A stretch of 63,949 nt of DNA, counting the filler, from Platydemus manokwari (lineage: Eukaryota), in assembly GCA_037951405.1 (NCBI GenBank). It is 6 parts of 6 records of this genome, joined end to end, with 100 filler letters (N's around TTAATTAATTAA, not from the genome) between each part and the next. Parts side by side here need not be neighbours in the genome. Positions count along the whole stretch, not along the records: positions 20,745 to 30,564 come from JBBMOY011200655.1; positions 30,665 to 42,570 come from JBBMOY010400000.1; 4 more parts are not named here. The stretch is one strand, 5' to 3'. Below, in pieces: positions 27,480-39,432 of the stretch; within the stretch, counting starts at the first letter, position 1; the number at the start of each line of letters is the position of its first letter. Position numbers and translations under genes: made by a program. The notes beneath the pieces are model-generated. The model was not told where the DNA came from and did not search any database. It worked only from the letters and a program-made list of their open reading frames with translations.

Positions 27480-28100
27480 ACTAAAACTGATAAAATTCCA
27501 TAAGCGTTGAAATAAATTTTATGAGGTTTACTTATTGAAACTCAATGAGATCTCTTTTCTTCTGTAGTCTCTAAATTTATAAATCTATATTTTTATCAGA
27601 AAAATTCTTTATTTTTATAATAATTTATAATAATTTCATAATTTCTCATAATAATTTCAGTGTCTAATTTTAAATCACCAGAAATATCATTTAAAGCAAA
27701 ATTATTAGTTTTATCAATTCCATACTTAGCGAAAAATAAATATATATTAAATACTTACTTTACCTCTTCTTTTACTTTATTTACCTCTTAAATATAAATA
27801 ACTATAAGTTAGAAAGTTTTAAATAATAGTTGTGCTTTTTCCAATTTTTCGGGTTTAGATTTTCTAGGTGTCCTTTTATTTCTCAGTTTCCAGATGAGTT
27901 TTCTTAGCTTGTTTTGTTTGATTTACTGCAGTTGTGACTCTTCCAGTAATTCCTGCAGCTTTATTTAAACCTACTGTAATTGCTGGTAATGCATCTAATA
28001 TCGGAAAAATTTCACCTTCTTTTTGTTTCTTATAGTCTTCTTTATTTTCTATCAATTTTTTAATTTTAATAATTTCTTTAGTTAATTTTTTTCCCATCAT
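27480..28100 (-). mobile_element. Polinton/Maverick (adintovirus-like) fragment: small hydrophobic virion-type protein plus adenain-like cysteine protease remnant
   Basis: ORF 27876-28100 KEGEIFPILDALPAITVGLNKAAGITGRVTTAVNQTKQAKK resembles the Polinton GG-FLPxL...AGGxAxAVNxxK protein. Downstream TNNFALNDISGDLKL..IIMRN and FINLETTEEKRSH*VSI...IYFNAYGI match the protease pattern INLD...G(S/T)HWV...YFDSYG. Confidence 0.72.
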
Positions 28101-29617
28101 AGTGAAATGAATTATATTTTTCCAAATTCAATTAATTGTTTTAAAAAATTTTCATCATTCATTTTTAAAAAAGAATATTTGGAAGTTAATTTTGATATCA
28201 ATCTTAAAAATCAGTGTTTAATACTAATCGCCTAATTGCTGTCAAATCTTGAACCTTGTCACACACTCATAATTACATACGGCTTAATAATTTGAGCTGT
28301 AGTTCATGAGCTTTCCGAAATTTGTAGATTCTCCGAAGCGATACGAGTATTGTCATTGGCAGCTTTTAAACTTTTTCTGTAACGTTTAAACTCTTCAGTT
28401 GAGATATTTGAGAACAAAAATTTAAGATCTTTTCACAACTCACAATGTTAAATCACACAAGACAGGATAGCGCTGAAAGTTAAAAATATAACAGAAAGTA
28501 CTCAAAAAAATTGATTACTGAAATATCCCATGGATATAGTTTAGCGCACGAATTACCGACAAAAAAACTGGCAGATCTTCATGAAACTCAACATCTTTTT
28601 AATATCTATCGAGTGTGTCTGTTTAAAATCACGGATCTTCATTTTCTATTTGCTGAATTTGTTCATCGATCGGTTTACATGAAAAATTCCACAAATCTCT
28701 CGTGCTATGCGAGGATATTTGAGATTGCTGCCATTTATAGGCGTTTCCTCTCGATTCTTAGTTTCTATATATGGATTAATATTAGAACAAATCTGATTAG
28801 TGCTTATCGTGTCTGTGTGTATCGACTCTTTTTAGAGTTCTTTCTTTGGTATATATATTGTGTGTATAATAGAGATCTCAAGGCGTTTCGAGTCTAAACT
28901 GAGTAATTTTATCACTTTTGATGTACTTAACCGATTTTAATAAATTTTATATCGAATTCAGGGTAGTTTTATGTCCGAATTCGTGGAACTACGGGGCTTT
29001 TACAGTACGGAAGTAATAATAATTGTCGCTGCCTTATTTTTACAATTTTTAGAGTTATGACTTTAAGTTCAGTTGATCATAGATATTAATCTTTCACATT
29101 AAAATATAATAATTATAAACCTGTTAAATTTACATTGCGATAGTCAATGAATCGGAAATTACATAACAATCGTTATAATAATCCAACACAATTTTCTTTT
29201 CACGTTACTCATTTCGCCAATTCCACATAGTAATTCTGAAAAAATTAGCACATTCTTCTGTTTTCAATGTTATTATAAAATATTTTTTGCTTTTCAAACT
29301 TATCTTGAATTTTACAATAACACCATAACACCAAAACAATACAAGATAACAATAAATCTGTAATCTAATCTGATAACGAATAACTGCCCATAAATGTCAA
29401 AATAAAATGATGCCAAATCCAGTTATTCGAAGTAAAATAAATATCGTGTGAATGTCTTTCAAGAATAATATAATATCTTAACTCATTGCGTACAATTTGA
29501 TAAAAAAATAATTAAAAATAATATATAATCATAATATATCATTAATAATATATCATTAATAATCACATCTATTTAAACACTAAAATATTTCAACTAAATC
29601 GTCACACTAAATCATGT

Positions 29618-30521
29618 TTAATTATTTGTGATATTTTGGCAGATATTCCCTCTAATCATATAATCCGATCGCTCTATCTGTTTTGTTATGTCGATTCCGT
29701 AATAATTGACCAGTTGAATTAAGTTGCTCGGTGTTGAATCTTTCCAGAATGTACCCCCAACGATGAAATGCCAGGTATTCATTGAAATGCGTTCCTTCAA
29801 CCCATTTATGTCAAATTTAGATTTACGTTCAATGCCAAAAATAAGGTCCGAGATTCCAGTGTATTTCATATAATCTTCGATCGAATGATAACAATTAGTG
29901 TAATCAATACATTTACCCTTCGATAAATAACTTATAAATCTCTTGTGCATGAAAGAGTATTCCCCTATGGCAATCATTTCACCCTTAGGAAGGACAATCA
30001 TTCTACTACCCATATATGTGCCAAAAGCCACAATAGTCATATTTAACTTGCCTTTAACGATTGGAATAGCTCGAGTTCTGTTTAGAATTTTAAATACAGA
30101 TGGATAACCACGACCAAATTGCCAATTTATTCCCTGAAGTAATTGAAAAACTGTACCAGTTGAATCTCCTTCAAACTTAAATATGAATCAATTTAGTTCT
30201 CAATAATATATTAAAATTTACCAAATTGTTATATCGATCATTGATAAATATCGTCACATTCGGACATACAGTATTGGATTGACATATTTCATGAAATGAA
30301 TACAAGTGACACATTGTTTTATTTCTATCATATTCAAATGCTTTGCAATCAGCCATATCGCATTTCAATGCACATTGTAACCTTGTATTCATCAATATTG
30401 ATTGTAGAGGATTGAATACACAAGAATTCGTGGCTCGATAAACTGAATCAGCATTTATATCGATAAAGAATATTAAAAGAGGCCAGTAAAACATTAAAAA
30501 TGCAAGAGAAATAGCTTTCAT
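29618..30521 (-). CDS. Secreted protein of about 285 aa: signal peptide, PAN/apple-like domain, and a C-terminal alpha/beta domain resembling the TCAF N-terminal region
   Basis: Exon 1 30521-30222 (300 nt), 46-nt GT-AG intron, exon 2 30175-29618. Hydrophobic N-terminus MKAISLAFLMFYWPLLIFFIDINA; PAN pattern TRLQCALKC...CKAFEYD....CHLY. Structure corroborated by the paralog at 21280-22158. Confidence 0.85.
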
Positions 30522-30564
30522 TCAAATATATTTTATTTATAAATGTTCCTCTATTTAATAATGT

Positions 30565-30811
30565 NNNNNNNNNNNNNNNNNNNNNNNNNNNNNNNNNNNN
30601 NNNNNNNNTTAATTAATTAANNNNNNNNNNNNNNNNNNNNNNNNNNNNNNNNNNNNNNNNNNNNATTNNNNNNNNNNNNNNNNNNNNNNNNNNNNNNNNN
30701 NNNNNNNNNNNNNNNNNNNNNNNNNNNNNNNNNNNNNNNNNNNNNNNNNNNNNNNNNNNNNNNNNNNNNNNNNNNNNNNNNNNNNNNNNNNNNNNNNNNN
30801 NNNNNNNNNNN
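30565..30811. other. Artificial spacer (30565-30664) followed by a further N gap (30668-30811)
   Basis: N44-TTAATTAATTAA-N44, then ATT, then an N run. Confidence 0.95.
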
Positions 30812-32660
30812 AGTTGTTCCTAATATTTCGTTAATCCAATTCTTTGGTAATATAAAAAGTCAATATTTTTCGTTACAATATGTTTTACGAATACAACAAA
30901 GATGACAACCCTGCCGTGTTAAACTCAGATTTTTGGTGATATTGTTCAATCAACTATTCATTTATGTTTAACTCGACGATTTCCTGTTCCCAGTCTTTAA
31001 AGTTTAATAAATCTTTCTATATCGGCATGCATTGATAGATATGAATATTTCTGGAAATTTTTATAGAGATTTCTATGGTTACATCTAATTCAGTCAATGG
31101 ATAGTTTTTTCAGGTTAATAATTTCAAATTGTTTCCATTCTATTTAAATCATTTTTAAAGGAATCCATTGGTTTCTTGAATGGAGTTTTAAATATTGTTT
31201 TTTTTTATCGCCGCAACCTGCGAATCAATATGGGGAAACCAAAACCCAAATGATATCCGTACATTTGATAAGGTTATAAAAGAAATTTAACAATCGTTAA
31301 CATCCGATTCATTCGCTGATCAGGAAAAAGAATTTTCGTGGTTTCCGATGTCAATTAATTGACTTAACAGTGACATCGATACCGTTAACAATGTCGACAG
31401 CTGTTTATTAGAAATAAATTCTCATAAACGTATCGAGCTGTTCTTTTTTTACCTATAAATTGAATCGAATGGAAAATAACTCAATGACTATTTGATTAAA
31501 TGACCTTGACCTATTGATTGTCATCATTTGTTCGAGATTCATCATTTATGATAAATCGGATTATTTTTGCTGAATGGTTCCGTGCGCTTAATTTCAAAAC
31601 GAGAACCCATGTATCTAATTCCATATGATGACCACACAGTTTCGATTTAAATCGAATCTTAAACATGTGCATCCTTTTCTATGCAATGACGTGTTTCATA
31701 CTCGGCCATCTCTAAATACTCTTGGAAAATAATAATTTTTGTTTATAATAATAAATCTCTTTAGGATAAGAAATGTGTTTTCATGAAACAAATTTAAGCT
31801 TTCATGCAAATTTAATATGGTAGGAGACTGGATTTCAGCTCAGTATTACATGACAATAAATATCATGATATTCCATTGCCTCCTATTGGCTTATATTATT
31901 TTTAATAATAAGATATCATTGGTGTTTGATTATTAGAAATGATTATTGCATGTTTTCCAAGCACCATTGTTTATTATCTAATATACTATCAGTACCACAA
32001 ATTTTAAGTAGATCTGTAAACATTCATATTCATATTCAGCTGCCACACAATTTTCAACAATGCTAGATGGCTACATCTTATTAGTATTATCTAGTTTTCA
32101 CATACAATTTTATTTAATTATATCGATAACATTCTTATTATTATTGATAATCAAAATTGGTATTATTTTCACGGATAATCGATTATCATCTGAAATCGAT
32201 AATTAAATTACTTGAAAAAATCAAAACAAATATTTGATTTGATATCGGTATTTGTTACAATTTATCACCATGATTTGTCGTTGCTGTGATGTGATTATGC
32301 AACCGGATTATATAATCAATTGTTTAAACTTGTTCTTGCTATAATATCACATGAAATAATTGAAATTGTTTAACGAATTCTTCAGTACGAATTTGTCAAT
32401 ATTGGAAATATTGATTTTGATCAGAAATTTTCTCAACACACAATTTAATAAGTTATCAGAATGTTTTTATAATTGATTTTTCAATCTCATAAAATGCTAT
32501 GCATTAACCTTTCATTAGATTTACAATCGAGATTGTTTTCTATATTAGAATAACCATATTGAATCGATGGTTTTTATTGATATACTATTGCTAGCATTTT
32601 AATCGGAATATGATAAATCATTTGTATTACTCATTATTGTAAGTAGAATATTTTTATTAG

Positions 32661-34556
32661 GTCAAATCAGAATGGTATCAAAATCTTCAGAAAATCGGTT
32701 GCTGGAAACGAAATTCTTATCAAAGTTCCATCAATGACTGGCCGATAGTTGGTCATTCGCAGAAAATCAAACAGAATGATGTTCAATCTACAGATGTTTG
32801 GTTGAATGATTTATTGGTGATAGGTCACGGTGATGGTACTGTCGTATTTTGGAGATTGGGTTTGGGTGGTTGCATGCAGAAGATAGCAATTATCAGATCT
32901 TCCAATTTGTTCAAAATTACTGATGAGGTAATTCCTATGGAAATATTGAATCGATGATATTGATTTATTCATTATATTTATAAAATCAATGCATGTATTA
33001 TTAGCTGTAATATTGATAACTATTCTCATAAGAAATCCATAAATTAATAATAATAATAATAATAATAATAAATTGAATAACTAAATTATTAATATAATGG
33101 TGAAATTTATGTTTTACTGATTTGATTCTGTAAAGAATCAGGATTTACAATAGAAACTTCAATATATTCGATGAAATATCAATTAAAAATCAATATGTTG
33201 AAGAATTAAAATAATCCAAACGGTTAATAGTCAAGGAACAAATAAATAACTGTTTAAAATATTCACTACTGAATATTTATTTTTTATTTGGCTTAACACG
33301 ACCAATGGAAAAAATGTATGAAATAATTATTGATTATTTTGTGGGAATTTTTAATTTTTCACAAAAATACTATTCAATAGTATGGGAACAGTTATTGTTG
33401 TAGCAACCGTTGAGAAATTTGTAAAATATAAGTAAAATTCTAGATTATTGATTAAAATTATTTTACAATTATAAATAAAATTATAACCCTAACTCTGTGT
33501 CCACCCCAGTCCTCTCTCTCTCCTCTCTCTCTTTCTCTCTCTCTCCTCTCTCATTCTCTACTCTCTCCGATTTCGCCGTTTATCTCATTACTCTAAATTC
33601 AAACAATTAAAAAATCCACATTTATTATATTTAAATTAATTCATACTATGATTACAGAATCCCCTGAAGTTTGATTGGTGTTCTATTTTCTGATTGAGAT
33701 CAATTGATTCATAACGATTTTCAATTTAATTATAATTTCCAGACTAATCAGAATTATAAGGATTATGAAGAAGATATCATACCATTCAAACGCACCGGGT
33801 TATTTGATCCCTGTTGCGATGATATCAGACTTGCTGTTCAATTGATTCACTATACTGGCAATCATTTGGTGATTGGTGGAAATGGTGGACAGGTTGATTT
33901 TTATCAGTGTATAATGTTATTAAATCAATCGATAGGTGGTTCTATGGGGGTTTGTATCTAGTTCATTTGAGAAGCATACACTCGATGTAGATCTGACGAC
34001 ACATTTGTCAACTTTCCAATGGAAAGGTTGTCGGTCATTCCAGCACTTTCCAAATGTTGGTTACTGATATGATGGTTTTATTTATTTTTAATCTTCTTTT
34101 CATTTACAGACCGTAAAAAACGAATCGACATTTAACCCGATGATGACTTTATTGATTTTCCCGCCAAGTCAAATAACAGCATTAGACATTCTTGAAGATA
34201 GACAGGACAATGATCAGCTTTTAATTGCCTGTGGTACTTTGCATGGTGTGGTTATGGTTGCTTGTCCGAAAATGGAAGGCATGGAAGCCGCTGTTGTCAC
34301 TACGCATTGTACAGTGCCGAGAAATTCTCTTGCTAGTCAGGAAGCGGCATTGGGAGAGGGTTGGGCTCGCAGGCGAACTCGTGAGTTGAAAAAGTCACTG
34401 AGGAGTAGTTTTCGCAGATTGCGAAGGCGATCAACAAAGAGAATGGAACATCCTACCGTCAATAGAAATATATCCCGAGATCCTGATACTAAAGCTTTAA
34501 AGGTAGCAATTTAATATTAGTAATAATTCAGGTTTTTATGTGCATACTTCATTATC

Positions 34557-34619
<63 letters not shown>

Positions 34620-35259
34620 TTCATTAATGTTTTTATCTATATTTGAATTAGTTTTTAATTCTGTTTCATTAATTTTTTCCAAATTAATTTTTTTAGGTGG
34701 AATATGTTGAAAACGAAGTTGAATTTGAAGAGAGAGCTATAGAAGATCGTCCAAAAGGAACTGCAAATGATGGATTGATTCGATCGATAAAAATTCTTAT
34801 ATCATCAATAAAGAAAAGGTCAACAAATGCATGTGAGCACATGTTAAATCTTTTCGCTGGTACATATGGGGGACAGATAATGTGGTTTCAAAGCGATTGT
34901 GAGATCGAAACATTATCCTTCAAAAACCCAATCAAGATGCGCCTTATGAAACAGTATCAATTTCAACACCGGGCACCAATTTTATATCTCAATCTCATTA
35001 ATTCCGATCCAATTAATACATTATCAGGTCTGTGTTGGTACGAAAACTATTTTTATCATTTCTACGATTTCAGGTGAAAACATGATTCCAGAATATGATT
35101 CCAGCATTATGAACAAAAAACCAGAACAGTTGTTAGTCATTACAGAAGAACAGATTAGATTATACGGATTTCCGACATTTGCTTTGAAAAACAAAATGCG
35201 AGTGACGGCTCATGATGGATTTCGATTGAAAAACGGTCATATAATAGCGATGAATGACG
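32661..35259 (+). CDS. LLGL: Lethal(2) giant larvae homolog, internal exons
   Basis: In-phase exons 32661-32927, 33743-33892, 33936-34055, 34110-34502, 34697-35027, 35074-35259. Motifs: WPIVG, DLLVIGHGDGTVVFW, PFKRTGLFDPCCDDIRLAVQ, GGQVVL, FQWKG, PPSQITAL, LKKSLRSSFRRLR (aPKC/polybasic segment), QFQHRAPI, LLVITEEQIRLYGFP, RVTAHDG. Flanking exons not resolved. Confidence 0.92.
33511..33568. repeat. CT-rich microsatellite in an Lgl intron
   Basis: Imperfect (CT)n run. Confidence 0.9.
34558..34619. repeat. (TTA)n microsatellite in an Lgl intron
   Basis: About 20 perfect TTA units. Confidence 0.95.
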
Positions 35260-38200
35260 GTTAGAATCAATTGTGTTGATTAATTTCATGATAAACTGTA
35301 ACCTACATCTTTTATTTCTCGGCCAATTTTCTGTCTTTTTTAGAAAAATGGCTGGTCTCTTTTACAGTATAAGGTTTGGCTTGTGTTATGGTTGATTGAT
35401 TATAATTTTGCAGAGTATTTAGAATGAAATCGATAATAATTTTAATAATTCAAATACCTATGGCAAGAATAGTAATATTGAAATAAATTGTAATAATCAG
35501 AGATGGAATTTCAAAATTGTTTTGTTGAGATCATCGAATCGATGTTAATTTTTCAATGGGTTATTTGAACTGACTTGATATTCTGAAATCGATTATGAAA
35601 TTTAATTGATTATTTGACATTTATCTTTCGATTTATTGAATAAAGCTAATTCTAATAAAATCAATACTGATAATTATTACTATAAATAACTGTCATTTAT
35701 CTAATCAATAAAATATAACATTATTAAAAAAATAAAATTATAATTAAAATTGATATTATTTTTACATTTTACAAGATTTTTTTAATCCAGTAAAACACTT
35801 ACGACCATACTAATAATACCATGAGTTCGCAGATATCCATCGATATTTGGCAACAATTACGTCTTAACACACTTTAATGACTTGCCAGATTGCTTAATTA
35901 TTAGTTGGGAATTTTTAAAGATCCGTATCATTAGCTGGAAATGTTTGAAGTAATCGTGTATTATCATATTAAATAATATATTAGCTTTCGAGTATTCACA
36001 ACAAATATAAATATTTATTAAAATTCATCAAATGATTTTATAATTAATTTCGAGAGGATGAACCAATGGATCTTTTTGGTTGTGTTGGTAACTAGGGTAG
36101 GAAACGAAATCAATGTGGACCTTCACATCGAATTACTGGGATTTGCCTTCAATATTTTTATCATTTTACAATTAAAAAAAAATTCTAATATTTACTTCTA
36201 CAAGAAAAATCTAAGCTGTGTTAAAATCAATAAATTATTTGATGATTGTCCTGAATTAAGAAAATGAAGATAAGTTTTGATATAGACCGTTAACAATTGT
36301 CTTGAACGATATTTTTCATTGTCTGGATTTGCCGTGTAATCCTACGGGATCACATAAAATAAATATAATTCAAACCAGAACAGAAACTATTAAGATTAAT
36401 TTTTCTAATATACAGAATGGGTTAGAAGTAAGGCAGCAATATCATAAATGTTGGCTTAAGTATCTGTTCATTTTATTAAATGTATTATACCTATGTACGA
36501 CAATGCAAATGATTAAAAGCGATACTTTTATTTACAAATACTCAAATTGTCCACCATTTATCTGTATTTTCGAACCGTTTAATAAGCTTGAAAACAGTAT
36601 CAATCTTGATATTCCTTTGAAATTCAAGTCCAAATAATCGACACGTTTCTGATTTATTCGAAGGTTTATAAAAAGTTTTGATGACAAAGACTTTTTGATC
36701 TTTGTTCCGTTGCTGAGTTTTTTCCCATTTTTTAGGCTACAGGTTGAATTATAATGAAAATACTCAATTTATTATGTCGAACTGAGCGCGTGAATATAAA
36801 CAAGCTCATTTTAACAAAAACAGCATATATAAACAAGCTAGATATAAATATTATTAATCTCAGTGCTTATTAGATGTGTATGAGAGTGATTGAATAATTT
36901 ATGTGTCATTGCCCCCTAACTTCTGGTCCACATTTTATTATAAATATAATATCAATAACAATCATAACCATTGCATATTACAATAACAATGAAGAAAACA
37001 TCTTATATTTATAAGATTTGATTATAATTATCTTAGTGAAACAGGTAGTCTCTCAAGATACAGATACATTATTAATAGCTATATCATTTCGAAAACAATG
37101 ATCTCATTGAGAGACTATCAAACGACAACTAACTTTTTGAAGTCAGAATAATCAAATAAAAGAAAATGTCTTACCGCTAGGGCACAGGTCTTCTTACGGG
37201 GTAATTTGTTATTTGCAGAAAAGACTACCGCAAATAATGTTCAAAATAAATTCAGTCAAGCTAAATTTCTTTATATAGATTAAATATGAACATGAATTAG
37301 TTCCGATCAATGAATAAATGAACTAGAACAGGAATAATCAATATTTTATTGGTCATGACTCATTTTAAAAAATTATAGATCATTGTCACTTTTCAGTTAT
37401 CGATTGTGATAAAATTTATATTTTTTAAGGATTTTTAATGATAATTCGAAAATGATCCAGCACTAATTAATATGTGAAAGATATCATTGAAATATATCAA
37501 TAAATGAATTCAAATAATTTCGAGTAAACTTTAATGAAAAAAACCCACTAAAATAACTTTGGAAGACAGGTAATCAAGTCCAAAAGCTGGTGGAGAAAGA
37601 TTTTGCTTTCTTCGAAAGATTTGGAAATTAATTTTTTATTTCTACACAAATTAGAAGTTTTTATTTATAAAATTCTTTTCTAATGCTATGACAATAGTGG
37701 CAATGTTTCTGTGTGATAGACGGATTAACTTATTATGATATTGAAATATAATGTCGAATTATGATTCATGGAATTGCGATATAGAGATTACTTATAATTC
37801 AACTGGTCAATAAAATTTATAAAAAGGTTTGTTGCTTGACTGGAAGTAAGTGACTATTACCTTTTCTTGATTTAAGTTCAGGGATTTTCCAATACAGGAG
37901 TTTGAAATTTGACTTCATATTTAAATGAAAAAGGTAATTGACTATACTTAATTCATGTCGATCAAATCAACTCGTTTTCGATTATTTTTACTCTTTGGTG
38001 ATTTCAAGGGGCTGTATCTTTGAATTTAGAGATCTGAATAAATTCCTAGGAATTATATTAATCATTCGGAATCTGTTATCATTCGATTATATTAAAATTA
38101 AAGAAAAAACTTTATTCATCTCATCAGGAAGTGGTATGCACAATAGTCTGGGTACACAGTAGGAGATCAAGACAAGACTTTGGCTTTTCACGTCTGTTAC

Positions 38201-39031
38201 GTAACATGTTCCCAAATTTTCATTTGATCGTATATTAGTCGTTATACATGATTTTTGCAGTTTCCGTCCAAAATAGTCATGATTTTGATAGCTATCTTGA
38301 TATGAAAAGTATTTTTGGAGTAAAATCTAAATCTAAAACTACTTCATCAAACATGGTCATCAGCCCTTAGACCAGTACTTCATAGTGCGACTTGATTTTA
38401 CAAAATCTTATGGTTTTCATCGCTAGTGGAACACCAGACATTCAATAAATTAATATTAGTGAAGGAAAACTAAATGAGGTAATTTTTGTGAGTTGTAAAA
38501 TTAGAGATTTTATTAAGGACCAGGATTTCTTTTCAACACTAAGTGACACTGAAAAACGGCATGGAAGTCTTTCAAAAGGTTTTGTAAGAATTGCTAAGAA
38601 AAGAAGAAAAAGGAAAGCTGTGTGAAATTAGTGAAGAATTTGTTTCAGAAACTGAAAAAGAAATATCACTAAATTTTGCTTTTTGTATTCACAACGTTAT
38701 TTATTATTTTTAATTTTTGAAGCTACGGGCGACGAGCATTGATGAACGTCCTTATAAGTACATTTTATGCTTTGAAAATCGTTATCAAAGAAAATGGAAT
38801 CCAAATATTCCAGTTGATTAATATTAGATTCAAAAATGATACTCAAAATTTTCTAGGAAAATCCAATATTGCTGCATTTTAAGGTGGGGTTTATTGCATT
38901 TTACATAGGCATGCACATACATTGTGCAAATCTCAATTACCTGTTGTGGTTAAACCTTATATAGTAGGAAAAAATATTTTAAATATATTAATAAACAACA
39001 AGGAATTTATTTAATAAAACAGAGTATAAAC

Positions 39032-39432
39032 CAGTGATTCCCAAACTTTTCTGGCGTACCGCCCCCTTTTCAGAATACATATTACATAGCGCCCCCGAAC
39101 TAACCCACACCAAATTGGTTTAACTTTCGTTACATAATTTTAACTTCTCGTGATATCACAACAAACTAATCTTTCTTTTAGTTTTATTTCAGTTAATCAT
39201 TACGGGGAATGCCAGAAATACTAACGCTCTACTACAAGACTTCGGCGTTGCAAGAGACAAAGCACACAAGCAGTAGCATTGAGTCCCCGATTACACATAA
39301 TTCAATAAAAATTAGTCAGAACGTACAGTACGTTTTTTAAAGACTGATTAAGTGTTTTGATAATCATGTTCGTACATTCTTGTTGTATTATCGCCCCCAA
39401 ATGAGCTTGTATTCACCACTGACCCTCTGGAA
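39032..39432 (+). mobile_element. Truncated hAT (Charlie-like) non-autonomous element, same family as 57265-57722
   Basis: Starts CAGTGATTCCCAAACTTTTC.GGCGTACC and shares GTATTATCGCCCCCAAATGAGCTTGTATTCACCA with the 57.3-kb copy in inverted orientation. The distal TIR is missing. Confidence 0.75.

Noticed and set aside
28511-28897. 128-aa ORF
   Set aside because: TTG start, no domain or splice support, and it sits in a repeat-like block; probably non-coding transposon sequence.
9614-35259. Two epithelial polarity genes (PATJ and Lgl) in one window, read as a polarity gene cluster
   Set aside because: They lie on different contigs separated by two artificial linkers; linkage is not demonstrated.
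36058-36637. ORFs as further Lgl exons
   Set aside because: No Lgl motifs and no phase-consistent splice sites.
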